This document shows positions 39,511-48,598 of a stretch of DNA of 64,000 nucleotides, piece by piece. Within the stretch, counting starts at the first letter, position 1; the number at the start of each line of letters is the position of its first letter. The notes under the pieces were generated by a model that ran no database searches, was not told the origin of the DNA, and saw only the letters and a program-made list of their open reading frames with translations. Made by a program: the position numbers and the translations under genes. Source of the stretch: Candidatus Hodarchaeota archaeon (lineage in GTDB: Archaea; Asgardarchaeota; Lokiarchaeia; Sigyniarchaeales; SOKP01); assembly GCA_048887225.1 (NCBI GenBank), contig JBHLJY010000007.1, forward strand, positions 1-64,000, given 5' to 3'.

Positions 39511-40146
39511 ATGCCTTCAAAGTTAAGAGTGCGATATATATTTCGACCGTTAGTAAATCTCGTAGCGAAAGGTCTAAGCAAAATAGGTGTAACACCTAAT
39601 ATCGCAACTCTTTTAATGCTCATCTTTGCTATATTAAGTTCTATTTCACTTTTATTTTTTAATAATCTCCTCTATTTTGCTATTTTTTTATTTATTACTG
39701 GTATTATGGATGGATGTGATGGTGCTATTGCTCGATTAACAAATAACTCAACGAAATTTGGCGGATTTTTTGATTCTATAATGGATCGAGTCTCAGAATT
39801 TTTTATTTTTCTTGGACTCCTTATTTTCTGTTGGAATCAATTACTTTGGAATCTAATTGATATGAGACTTCTCATTTTTATAAGCTTTTTAGCTACTATT
39901 ATGATAAGTTACACTAGGTCAAGAGCAGAGGATTTTTATAAAGGGGATAAAGGTGACTTCGATGTTGGACTTATGGCTCGTTCGGAACGATTATTTTTTT
40001 TGATGTTAACTTCGTTAATAGCCTTTTTTTACGGATTTTTTAACGAGTTTTTATTTCTCTTTATGTTGTTAGTAATTAGTACTGCATTATTCAGATATGC
40101 AAAAATTAGTCGAAAAATAAAAGGGCAAGAATTGAGTGAACATTGA
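39511..40146 (+). CDS. CDP-alcohol phosphatidyltransferase (archaetidylinositol-phosphate synthase-like)
   Basis: TPN; DGCDGAIAR...GGFFDSIMDR signature; SYTRSRAE; RSER. Confidence 0.9.
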   Translation: MPSKLRVRYIFRPLVNLVAKGLSKIGVTPNIATLLMLIFAILSSISLLFFNNLLYFAIFLFITGIMDGCDGAIARLTNNSTKFGGFFDSIMDRVSEFFIFLGLLIFCWNQLLWNLIDMRLLIFISFLATIMISYTRSRAEDFYKGDKGDFDVGLMARSERLFFLMLTSLIAFFYGFFNEFLFLFMLLVISTALFRYAKISRKIKGQELSEH

Positions 40147-40234
40147 ATCTAATTATTGTAATTTAATATTGAAGTAAATATTATGATATTATATAGTAAT
40201 GATAAAAGATGAAGGTCAAAAAAGAATCATATAG

Positions 40235-40462
40235 ATGAAAGCAAAAAGTCTTAAATGTTATCTTTGTGGCGGGAATATTATATATAACGAAGAAACACAT
40301 AATTATATTTGTAGTGAATGCAATGCAGCTCACGATTCAGAAATGTTTAACCTTGATGATATGAAAAATAAGACTAAATATCATTTAACAAAAATCAAAA
40401 TATTAGTAGCTATTCTTGCGACTTTATATGTTTTATATTTCTTTTATAGACGCTTTTCTTAA
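40235..40462 (+). CDS. Small zinc-ribbon protein with C-terminal TM
   Basis: CYLC...CSEC then hydrophobic ILVAILATLYVLYFFY. Confidence 0.7.
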   Translation: MKAKSLKCYLCGGNIIYNEETHNYICSECNAAHDSEMFNLDDMKNKTKYHLTKIKILVAILATLYVLYFFYRRFS

Positions 40463-40508
40463 AACTTTTTAAAGAAAATCAAATGTTTTTCCCATCTTGA
40501 AAAAGAAT

Positions 40509-41222
40509 TCAATCTCTATGTTTATTTAATTCAATTATAACTTTATCCCCATCTTTTAAATTTAACTTATCCCTCAAATATGGTTCAGCCAAGATTTCAA
40601 TAATGTTTTTTTTATGATGCGTTCTTGCAATATCTAATATTGTTGCAAAGATTTTGTGTTCTCGGTCATCTAAATGAGATATATAACAATTGTAACAACG
40701 AACTGATCCATATGTTCTTTCTGAATTTTCATCTTTAAATCCATTAATTATAATTGGAATGCTATTTTCTAAATTTTCCCTTAAGAGTGAAATATTGAGA
40801 TCATTCATCTCTAAATTTAAAGTTCCTAAATATGGTTTAAATCCTAATTTTTCTTGAAACTGATGATAATAACCTTTGATTGCAACATAATAAGCACCTT
40901 CTCTCATTCCTTCTGTAACTTCACCTACAATTAAAATATTTTCAAGAATATTCTTCAATTCCTTGTAGACATTAAGCATAATATCTGCCCCCGTTTTTGG
41001 AATTCTTATAATTTGTGTCTTCCCCTCAATTTTTCTTTCAATCCATCCCAGTTCTTCTAAATCTTGAATTCGCCGAGATGCGGTTTGCTGACTGACGCCC
41101 ATAATTTCACCAAGCTCAACGCTACTAATATGAATAGATTTTTGATTTCCTATTTGTTGGCAAAGATGATATAATGCAAACCAATTTGCGTAATTATCAG
41201 GCCTTAGTTCTTCTTTTGACAC
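40509..41222 (-). CDS. ribK: CTP-dependent riboflavin kinase with N-terminal winged HTH (RbkR-type)
   Basis: SQQTASRRIQDLE; GEVTEGMREGAYYV; PYLGTLN; RTHH; LRDKLNLKDGD; GTG start after AAGGTGA. Confidence 0.92.
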   Translation of the reverse strand: MSKEELRPDNYANWFALYHLCQQIGNQKSIHISSVELGEIMGVSQQTASRRIQDLEELGWIERKIEGKTQIIRIPKTGADIMLNVYKELKNILENILIVGEVTEGMREGAYYVAIKGYYHQFQEKLGFKPYLGTLNLEMNDLNISLLRENLENSIPIIINGFKDENSERTYGSVRCYNCYISHLDDREHKIFATILDIARTHHKKNIIEILAEPYLRDKLNLKDGDKVIIELNKHRD

Positions 41223-41234
41223 AAATTCACCTTT

Positions 41235-41681
41235 TTATGAATGATCTTTTTTATATCTTTCAATGATTTTCTTCTTTATTAGGCTTGAGCTATGCAGTTT
41301 GTATTTATCGTAAAATTCTTCTATTCTTTTTACTTTAATATGGTTCATCCCTTTCATTTTAAGGGCGTTTTGAAGTCTTTCAAGGCTAAACTTTTGGTCT
41401 GGGCCTAAAAGTATTATATCGGGATTTAATTCTTCCACTGTTTTAAGAGTGTCGTTATCATGCCTTCCTAATTTTGCATCTTTCACATTTTTAATACTTT
41501 TCATTACTTCCAATCTTTGTTGTTCTGGAATAATTGGCATCTCTCCAGAATATAATTCTCTATTTTTATCTGTAGCAACTATAATATAGACGTCTCCTAA
41601 TTTTGCAGCCTCATTTATCAAAAAAATGTGTCCAGGATGTAAAATATCAAATGTTCCAGCTATTAGAACTCTTTTCCGTAT
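41235..41681 (-). CDS. ribL: FAD synthase (archaeal cytidylyltransferase family); N-terminus extended beyond the ORF track, apparent ATA start
   Basis: In-frame upstream IRKRVLIAGTFDILHPGHIF (HxGH motif); PDIILLGPDQ; SSSLIK; adjacent to ribK. Confidence 0.88.
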   Translation of the reverse strand: MRKRVLIAGTFDILHPGHIFLINEAAKLGDVYIIVATDKNRELYSGEMPIIPEQQRLEVMKSIKNVKDAKLGRHDNDTLKTVEELNPDIILLGPDQKFSLERLQNALKMKGMNHIKVKRIEEFYDKYKLHSSSLIKKKIIERYKKDHS

Positions 41682-41713
41682 TTTTTATCATCTCACATTT
41701 AATTTTCATTCAG

Positions 41714-43273
41714 TTAATTTACAACTTTAAAGGAAAGCCCGAGGAAAATCGGACCTCTTATATCAATCTTTTTTTGTTTGGAATGAATAAACTCTTGAAT
41801 GATATCGTCGAGTTCAATATTAACTTCTGAGGCTCGATAACACATCTTTACTCTATGATCATAAGAATTTTTACCTTGCTCAAGCATAATTTCAATATTA
41901 TATGCCATTTCTGAAGCAATCCCTTCCAAATAAGTCATTCCAGTATCAAAGCCATTGCCGGGACTTTCTTCTGGTGATAAACCTAAAATGCTTCCATCCT
42001 TTACCCAAATTTTATTTAAAGTGGCTGGACCAAGAAGTTGAACACCTTCATCTTTTTCCCAAATAGTCACATCAATATTTTTATTCTTGATTATACCATT
42101 CCATACCTTTATTTCTACTGGGGAGGAATCGTTCTTATGTTTAATAGATTTCTCAATTATAGCTTTTTTAATTTCAATTCCTATTTCAGTTAATGGAATG
42201 TATTTGTATTTAATTCCTTTACTTATTTCCTCGTCAGTAAATGAAATGTCTTCATAGAAATATGGGTACACGAGCTTTCTGATATCCTCAATTTCAGTCT
42301 TTATCATACAAATTCTTTCTACTCCGAAACCAACATTAAAAACTGGATATCCAATATTATATTGAGCAAGACTAACGGGACTATAAAATCCGCCATCACC
42401 AATCTCAATCCATTCTTTAGTTTTTGGATGCTCTACAAAAATTTCAAATTCTGTTTGGGGAGCGTAATATTTTGAAGTAGCTTTTTTTATTTCAGATTTA
42501 TTATTATTGAAACCCATTTGCTCACATATTGAAGAAACTATGTTTTGACAATCTTCTAAAGATATATTCTCCGCCATTATTACTAAAGATAAAGTATGAG
42601 AATCATATAAATGAGTGGCATCTATTTTCTGTTCTCTACGAAATTTAGGGCCAATTGTAAAATATTGAAGTGGTAAATTCTTTCTCTTACTCAAATTACT
42701 CAATACTTTAAACCATAATGCTGTTGTATGGCTTCTAAGGGTATTTTTAGTAGGAATTGGTTTAAGATTTTTTAATTCTGGAAATATTTTATCAATGATT
42801 TCAGAGGCTTCGCTTTCTTTTATTTTTAATTCATTTAAAAAAATCTCAATTAAATCATCCGCTTCAATATCCCCTTTTTTATATTTTCTAAAAATATCTT
42901 GTAATGAATCGATTTTATCGAAATTGGGGATTATAGATTGAATCTTTTCGATTTTCTCTTTTGAAATCCCGATATCCGGACGGGGAAGCCCCGCTAAATA
43001 AAATAATCGGTCGAGGATTAATGCGGCTTCTGGACCATATTGTTTATATATCTCATTCTCTTCAACGAACATTGGTAATACTAATTCTTCAAATCCTAAC
43101 CCAATCATTTTGCGTCTGGCTTCTGCGATAAATTCATAAACAGGGTGAGCCAGACCTTTTTTTTCTAAATTAAAAAGATTTCCTTTTAAATTTAGAAGAT
43201 TTCTAGATTCTAACCAAGCTCTCTCATAATTCTTTTTTGCATCTCTTTTTATTTTTTCAATGTCAAAAGGCAT
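41714..43273 (-). CDS. sepS: O-phosphoseryl-tRNA(Cys) synthetase (SepRS)
   Basis: IYKQYGPEAALILDRLFYLAGLPRPDIG, TLRSHTT, FRREQKIDATHL, SKYYAPQTEFE, YPVFNVGFGVER, IDIRGPIF. Confidence 0.95.
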   Translation of the reverse strand: MPFDIEKIKRDAKKNYERAWLESRNLLNLKGNLFNLEKKGLAHPVYEFIAEARRKMIGLGFEELVLPMFVEENEIYKQYGPEAALILDRLFYLAGLPRPDIGISKEKIEKIQSIIPNFDKIDSLQDIFRKYKKGDIEADDLIEIFLNELKIKESEASEIIDKIFPELKNLKPIPTKNTLRSHTTALWFKVLSNLSKRKNLPLQYFTIGPKFRREQKIDATHLYDSHTLSLVIMAENISLEDCQNIVSSICEQMGFNNNKSEIKKATSKYYAPQTEFEIFVEHPKTKEWIEIGDGGFYSPVSLAQYNIGYPVFNVGFGVERICMIKTEIEDIRKLVYPYFYEDISFTDEEISKGIKYKYIPLTEIGIEIKKAIIEKSIKHKNDSSPVEIKVWNGIIKNKNIDVTIWEKDEGVQLLGPATLNKIWVKDGSILGLSPEESPGNGFDTGMTYLEGIASEMAYNIEIMLEQGKNSYDHRVKMCYRASEVNIELDDIIQEFIHSKQKKIDIRGPIFLGLSFKVVN

Positions 43274-43300
43274 TATTTCTCTTTAACTTTTTTAATTATG

Positions 43301-43921
43301 TTAATCGAATTTTATTTTATCATCAATACACTCTTTTAACTCAGATATTCTAAGTGTTAATGAAATGTCTCCTCTTGTTTTTTCAATAATATTTCTTCCC
43401 ACATCAATTTTATGCCTTAAATCTTGAGTTATTCCTGAAGGGTAATCTAAAGAAAATAAGTTTGTATAAATTTCGTCCATATCTTCTAAAATATTATTTA
43501 AATCATCAATTCGAGAATTCCTAATGTTATCTAATGCGTACCGCCGTAATTCTCCTATTACATCTGCTAAGCCTAATAAATAATGAAGAGAGTTTACATT
43601 TAATTCATTAGAGGTTGGCAAGGATAAATTATTGACAATTGAATAAAAGCAAACTGCTTCTGCATATTCTTGTTCAGGAGTTTTTAAGTATTTAAAAAAA
43701 ATTCCAGGATTTTTATTGACCAAATTTGTGAGAGCTTTCAATTTTAATTTAACTTGGTCAATTTTTTCTTTATAAATATTAAATTCCTTTCTATGAATTG
43801 ATTTAATCGCAATGCTACAATTTCGTATTATTTTGCGAGAAATTCTTAATATCTCCTCTCGATCTTTATCAAGTTCATCTAAACCTTTCGTAATTTCTGA
43901 AAAAATATTTTTAAGATTCAT
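43301..43921 (-). CDS. Translin/TRAX family RNase (archaeal C3PO-like)
   Basis: DKDREEILRISRKI, QEYAEA, YLLGLADVIGELRR, LRHKID. Confidence 0.9.
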   Translation of the reverse strand: MNLKNIFSEITKGLDELDKDREEILRISRKIIRNCSIAIKSIHRKEFNIYKEKIDQVKLKLKALTNLVNKNPGIFFKYLKTPEQEYAEAVCFYSIVNNLSLPTSNELNVNSLHYLLGLADVIGELRRYALDNIRNSRIDDLNNILEDMDEIYTNLFSLDYPSGITQDLRHKIDVGRNIIEKTRGDISLTLRISELKECIDDKIKFD

Positions 43922-44045
43922 ATGAATAACTAGATAACTTGGAAATTATTAAAATTTTTAATTAATATAATTAATTAACAAAAGTAAGTAAAATATTTAG
44001 AATTTATCAAAAATATAGTTTAACAAATAAACTAAAGAGATAATC

Positions 44046-44114
44046 GTGAAAATCTTATTAATTCATTCCGATGGAGTGTTCCTTATCTCGAATATATTTA
44101 TAAGCGATTTTTAA
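44046..44114 (+). pseudogene. Orphan 5' fragment of thrS (11 codons), followed by unrelated sequence and a stop
   Basis: GTG AAA ATC TTA TTA ATT CAT TCC GAT GGA GTG (MKILLIHSDGV) versus thrS start MKMLLIHSDGV at 45907-45939; 28/33 nt identical. Confidence 0.8.
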
Positions 44115-45906
44115 CCTTAATCTTCTTTATAAATCAATTATTTTATTAGGTGTTCACATTTTTAATATTAATTTAATATTACATAACCCTGTGTAATGTT
44201 TTCTCTAAAGTAGTAAGAAGTAAAATTATATATAGACATAATCATAAAATATATTCGGTGGTTAAGGTGTTTGAAAAACCACAAAAAAAATTATTTTGTT
44301 CAAATCCGAATATATGCCAGAAGAAAAAAAAAAGAAAACAGAATGTGCAGATGATCCTTTTTTATTAAGTAAAGCTAACGAAATTTGTAATGCGAGCGAC
44401 CATATTGATGAATATCCAAGTTCCCCAATCCAAACCTCTAAAGATTTTATTGAGGGTACCCCTTATATTAACTTGGGAAAACCAATTGAGGATTTAACAC
44501 CGAAGGAATTCAAGGAATCTTATAAGGGCGTATATTCTAACCTCTTTAAGTTCGTAAAAGATCGCCATAATATCGATTTAGGTATCATGACTCGAGATGG
44601 TTTAACTAAGTTAATAAGAAAAATGAATTATTATGGTATAATTTATAATTTTACTCAGATAAAAGATGGAGAAGGGAACGATATTCATTATGGCCCCAGT
44701 TGGGTAAAAGATGATAAAAAAGTTATCGCTGGATTTCATCGAATTGGTCGAGCAATTAATATAGAGGATCGGAAAACTTTATATAAGAGAGAAAAAACTG
44801 GAAAACATTTTGAGAATACATTCCAAAAATTAGGTCCTAGAGCATTTAATTTTAATTTTTTAGCGGTTTGTAAAAATGAACAAGAATATAAAGCTACTGA
44901 ATATTTTTGGCAATTATATTTTAATAGAGAGGAAAATGAAGATGGTTATGATTTACGAAATAATGGCAATTTTAATAATAGATTAGGAAGTATGTATGAT
45001 AATATTTCAAATCTAATTTTACCCAAATATTATTTAGTAAGAGATATCTTATATGGCTTAGACAAATTCGAATTAGATGAGAGATATAAAAATTTAAAGG
45101 GTATAATCTCCGTTAAACAAGCATTAATACATAATTTTGGGATAGAGTCTATTTTTAAAATAAGGGCTATGTTAGTCGCTCCTTTATTAGATTATAATCT
45201 TAAAAGAGGGTTAACCGAGCAAGAAAATATTGAAAAATTGATAGAGTCTGGTTTTGGAATGTTTGATAAAAATCTAATACAGGAGAGGAGTAGAGAGTAT
45301 GGTCCATCCTCAACAAGGACAAATCCCAAGAATCTTTTTCAAAGAATACTCGTATATACGTACGGTCCCCCTAGAATCCGACCTAGTAGAGTCTTTACTC
45401 ATTATGAGCAACTTAGAAAAGAGAATTTCTTTGAACCATTCATAGAGTATCTTAAAGATTTAAATATTGCCGAAATAATTGGTGAATCACAAAACGATCA
45501 AAATACGCTTTCTATTGTAGATTATTTATTTGAAAAATGTCTTTCACCTACTTATATAGTTAAATATTTAGGATACAAAGGGAGTGAGGCAGAATTATTA
45601 ATAAATAAAATAAACAATTACTTGAATAGGAGATGGAGACCTTTGATAGAGCAGTTTTCTTGGGATAAACTCAGATTATTCCTTAAATTCCATCCATTAA
45701 TAATTTCCACACATAAAGTATACTCTAAATATTTATAAAAAGTTTATAGATGATATTGCATTTCATTTTAGAGTTAATTATGATTCAATTGCTCAAATAA
45801 ACAGAATCCTTACTTAATACTTTTTTATTTAAAATTCAATATTAAAAAAATTTATCATTTATATTAGATTCATAGGATATATATAATTATTTGGTGTTTG
45901 TTGCAT
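44079..45906 (+). mobile_element. Putative free-standing homing-endonuclease insertion at the thrS 5' end
   Basis: About 1.83 kb bracketed by the two thrS-start copies; contains a single GIY-YIG-like ORF; interrupts a divergent translin/thrS housekeeping arrangement. Confidence 0.6.
44296..45738 (+). CDS. GIY-YIG (I-TevI-like) endonuclease domain protein with long helical C-terminal region; likely ATG start at 44314
   Basis: YYGIIYNFT...HRIGRAINIEDRKTLY...HFENTFQKLGPRAFNFNFLAVC...EYKATEYFWQLYF...DGYDL at 44635-44955 follows the GIY / YIG / R / F-x-F / E-x-FW / GYN order. Confidence 0.62.
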   Translation: MFKSEYMPEEKKKKTECADDPFLLSKANEICNASDHIDEYPSSPIQTSKDFIEGTPYINLGKPIEDLTPKEFKESYKGVYSNLFKFVKDRHNIDLGIMTRDGLTKLIRKMNYYGIIYNFTQIKDGEGNDIHYGPSWVKDDKKVIAGFHRIGRAINIEDRKTLYKREKTGKHFENTFQKLGPRAFNFNFLAVCKNEQEYKATEYFWQLYFNREENEDGYDLRNNGNFNNRLGSMYDNISNLILPKYYLVRDILYGLDKFELDERYKNLKGIISVKQALIHNFGIESIFKIRAMLVAPLLDYNLKRGLTEQENIEKLIESGFGMFDKNLIQERSREYGPSSTRTNPKNLFQRILVYTYGPPRIRPSRVFTHYEQLRKENFFEPFIEYLKDLNIAEIIGESQNDQNTLSIVDYLFEKCLSPTYIVKYLGYKGSEAELLINKINNYLNRRWRPLIEQFSWDKLRLFLKFHPLIISTHKVYSKYL

Positions 45907-47964
45907 ATGAAAATGTTATTAATTCATTCAGATGGCGTAGAAGTAAGGAAACACAAAGAGGCAACAAGCAATCCTCAAGAGTTTTCTGAAGATTTCATAA
46001 AATTGGATGGTTTAATACTTATAGCTTATGTTTCTATCGAAGACCAAGATACATATGACACAGATATAATAGCTAAACAAGGAGCTGATGTTATAGAAGA
46101 AGCAATTTTCCTTATTACAGGGTTCCCTGAAAAAATACGTCAAAGGAATGAAGAAATAAGAGAACATAACCGAAAAGTAGAAGAAGGTAAAATAAAAGGA
46201 AAACCAAGAAAATATCTTGAATTAATCGCTGGAAGGGATAAATACATTGTTGACAAAGTATTAGTTTATCCATGGGCACATTTAAGTAAATTTTTAAGTC
46301 AAGATCCAAATGCGGCGGAAGTATGCCCAAAAATAGCTAAAATCTTAGAATCTAAAGGAATTAAGTCAAAATTCTCTCCATTTGGATGGTATAAATCTTT
46401 TAAAATTAATTGTATCGGGCATGAAGTAGCTGAAATGTATAGAGATGTAAAGCTTTATATTCAGCCAGAAGAACATTTGCAAAAGGCTCAATTTTTTGTA
46501 ATTACTCCAGAAGGAAAAGAAATAAAAATTCAAATAGATGACAATAAAGAAGTTTTGCCAATAAAAGAAGTCGATGAGGATTTTAATTTATTTATTAAAT
46601 CAGAATTAGGTGTTAGAAGAGCTGATCTCGGAGAAGAACCACCGCATATTAAGATAATGAAAAAGTTTGAGCTAATTGATTTCGAAAAAAATTCTGATAG
46701 TGGGAACTTGCGTTGGTATCCTAAGGGTGTAATTATGAAGAACCTTATCAAAAATTATTTAGATGAGAAGTTAATTGATTTTGGAGCAATTCTAGTTGAT
46801 ACACCTATTATGTATACCGTAAAAAGCAAGAAATTAACTGCCCAAACTGCGAGATTTCCAGCCAGAACATATTGGGTTGAATCAGGAAATAATCGATTTT
46901 TACTAAGATTTGCTGGGGATTTCCTCCAATTTGATATGTTTAGTGGAATGAACTTGAAACCTTCCTATTTCCCTCTAAAATTATATGAATATGAGCAGTA
47001 TGATTTCAGGAGGGAGAAAGAAGGAGAATTAACTGGTTTAAGGCGATTAAGAGGCTTTGTCATGCCAGATTTTCATACTCTGTGCAAGGATTTGGATTCA
47101 TCTGTTGAAGAATTTAAGAAACAATATGACTTAGATCAACAAGTTGCCGAGGATTTAGGAATTAAAGATCACTTAATTTTCAGGACAACACACGATTTTT
47201 ACAAAAAAAATAAAGGTTGGATTAAGGAATTAGTAAAAAAAGAAAACAAACCTGCTTTATTGGAACTCTGGGATGATAGGTATTATTATTTTGTTTTGAA
47301 GTTTGAAAGAGGAGTACTTTCCGCTCAAGATAAAAGCGGTACTCTCGCAACAATTCAAATTGATGTTGAAAGTACTTTAGAATATTTAGAAGATAAAGAT
47401 GGCAAAAAGAGACAAAAATATAATATTTACTTTACTGATGATGATGGGATTAAAAAGCATCCAATTATTCTTCACAATTCACCTTCAGGAGGTTTGGAGA
47501 GAGTGTTATGGGGGCTAATTGAAACAGCAATCAGAGAAAAGGATAAAATAGTTCCAGGGTTTAAAACGTGGTTATCTCCAATCCAAATAAGAGTAATAAC
47601 TGTCAGTAATAATCAGAACGAATACGCTGGAAAAATAATGCAAATTCTTAATGATCAAGGTTATAGAGCGGATTTCGATGATCGCGAAGAAAAAATAGGA
47701 AAAAAAATAAGACTAGCAGAAATTGAATGGATTCCTTATATAGTAATTGTAGGTAAAACAGAACAAGAGAATGAAACTATTTCTCTTCGTAAAAGATTAA
47801 TCGGACAACCGTTTGGCCCAAAAGGGAATACATCAGAGCAGTTAAAGAATATTCAACTAGAAAAGTTTTTAGAACTCCTTGAAAAAGATACGAAAGGATT
47901 TCCTAAATACAAGCTTCCGATACCATTTAGAAGGACTTCAACTAAAATATTCTTTCGTCGCTAG
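45907..47964 (+). CDS. thrS: Threonine--tRNA ligase, archaeal type with N-terminal editing domain
   Basis: MLLIHSD, YPWAHLS, PFGWYKSF, CIGH, FRREKEGELTGLRRLRGFVMPDFHT, ILHNSPSGGLER, WLSPIQIR; ATG at 45907 preferred (GGTG upstream). Confidence 0.96.
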   Translation: MKMLLIHSDGVEVRKHKEATSNPQEFSEDFIKLDGLILIAYVSIEDQDTYDTDIIAKQGADVIEEAIFLITGFPEKIRQRNEEIREHNRKVEEGKIKGKPRKYLELIAGRDKYIVDKVLVYPWAHLSKFLSQDPNAAEVCPKIAKILESKGIKSKFSPFGWYKSFKINCIGHEVAEMYRDVKLYIQPEEHLQKAQFFVITPEGKEIKIQIDDNKEVLPIKEVDEDFNLFIKSELGVRRADLGEEPPHIKIMKKFELIDFEKNSDSGNLRWYPKGVIMKNLIKNYLDEKLIDFGAILVDTPIMYTVKSKKLTAQTARFPARTYWVESGNNRFLLRFAGDFLQFDMFSGMNLKPSYFPLKLYEYEQYDFRREKEGELTGLRRLRGFVMPDFHTLCKDLDSSVEEFKKQYDLDQQVAEDLGIKDHLIFRTTHDFYKKNKGWIKELVKKENKPALLELWDDRYYYFVLKFERGVLSAQDKSGTLATIQIDVESTLEYLEDKDGKKRQKYNIYFTDDDGIKKHPIILHNSPSGGLERVLWGLIETAIREKDKIVPGFKTWLSPIQIRVITVSNNQNEYAGKIMQILNDQGYRADFDDREEKIGKKIRLAEIEWIPYIVIVGKTEQENETISLRKRLIGQPFGPKGNTSEQLKNIQLEKFLELLEKDTKGFPKYKLPIPFRRTSTKIFFRR

Positions 47965-47974
47965 GTTAAGTTTA

Positions 47975-48598
47975 ATGACAATTAAAGTTATTATATTTGA
48001 TTTAGGAGGAGTTATTATTGAATTAGATTACTTAAACTTTTACAATAAAATAATAACGTTATCACCTTCAGAAAATCCCCGTACTCGAACTATGTTAGAA
48101 TTCTTTCGGCAATCTGACTTATACCATCAAGGAAAAATGTCTGACGAGGATTTTTACCATCTTGCTTGTAATCTGCTACAAGTTTGTATGTTAAATCAAT
48201 CTGAATTTTACAAAGCTTTTAATAGCATCGTTTCGCATCCTATTCCTGAAGCTATTGATTTGCTGAAAAAATTAAAAAAATTAAATAAATATAAACTAAT
48301 AGCTATGTCAAACGTCAATGCTAGCCATTGGGATTATATTTTAAGAAAAAATTGGGATTTTTTAGATTATTTTGATGAATTAATTCTTTCCCATGAAGTG
48401 AAAATAACTAAACCTGATCCTAAAATCTTCACATATGCAATAAAAAAAGCCAAATGTAAACCCAAAGAAATTGTATTTGTAGATGATGGGTCTAATAATG
48501 TGCGTTCAGCTGAAAAGTTAGGAATTATAGGAATTCATTTTATAAACATAGAAAAATTGATAAAGGACTTTGAAAAATTAAATATAAAATTTAATTAG
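47975..48598 (+). CDS. HAD-superfamily phosphatase (YihX-like); start corrected to ATG 47975
   Basis: IIFDLGGVI, MSN, KPDPKIF, FVDDGSNNV. Confidence 0.9.
   Translation: MTIKVIIFDLGGVIIELDYLNFYNKIITLSPSENPRTRTMLEFFRQSDLYHQGKMSDEDFYHLACNLLQVCMLNQSEFYKAFNSIVSHPIPEAIDLLKKLKKLNKYKLIAMSNVNASHWDYILRKNWDFLDYFDELILSHEVKITKPDPKIFTYAIKKAKCKPKEIVFVDDGSNNVRSAEKLGIIGIHFINIEKLIKDFEKLNIKFN

Noticed and set aside
44079-45906. Reading the endonuclease insert as an intron or intein in thrS
   Set aside because: The downstream thrS is complete with its own start; the flanks are direct rather than inverted repeats; no bulge-helix-bulge, group I core or intein motifs were seen
47879-47974. ORF-track N-terminal extension of the HAD gene overlapping thrS
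   Set aside because: HAD motif I begins right after ATG 47975, which has an AGGT element upstream; the extension is incidental
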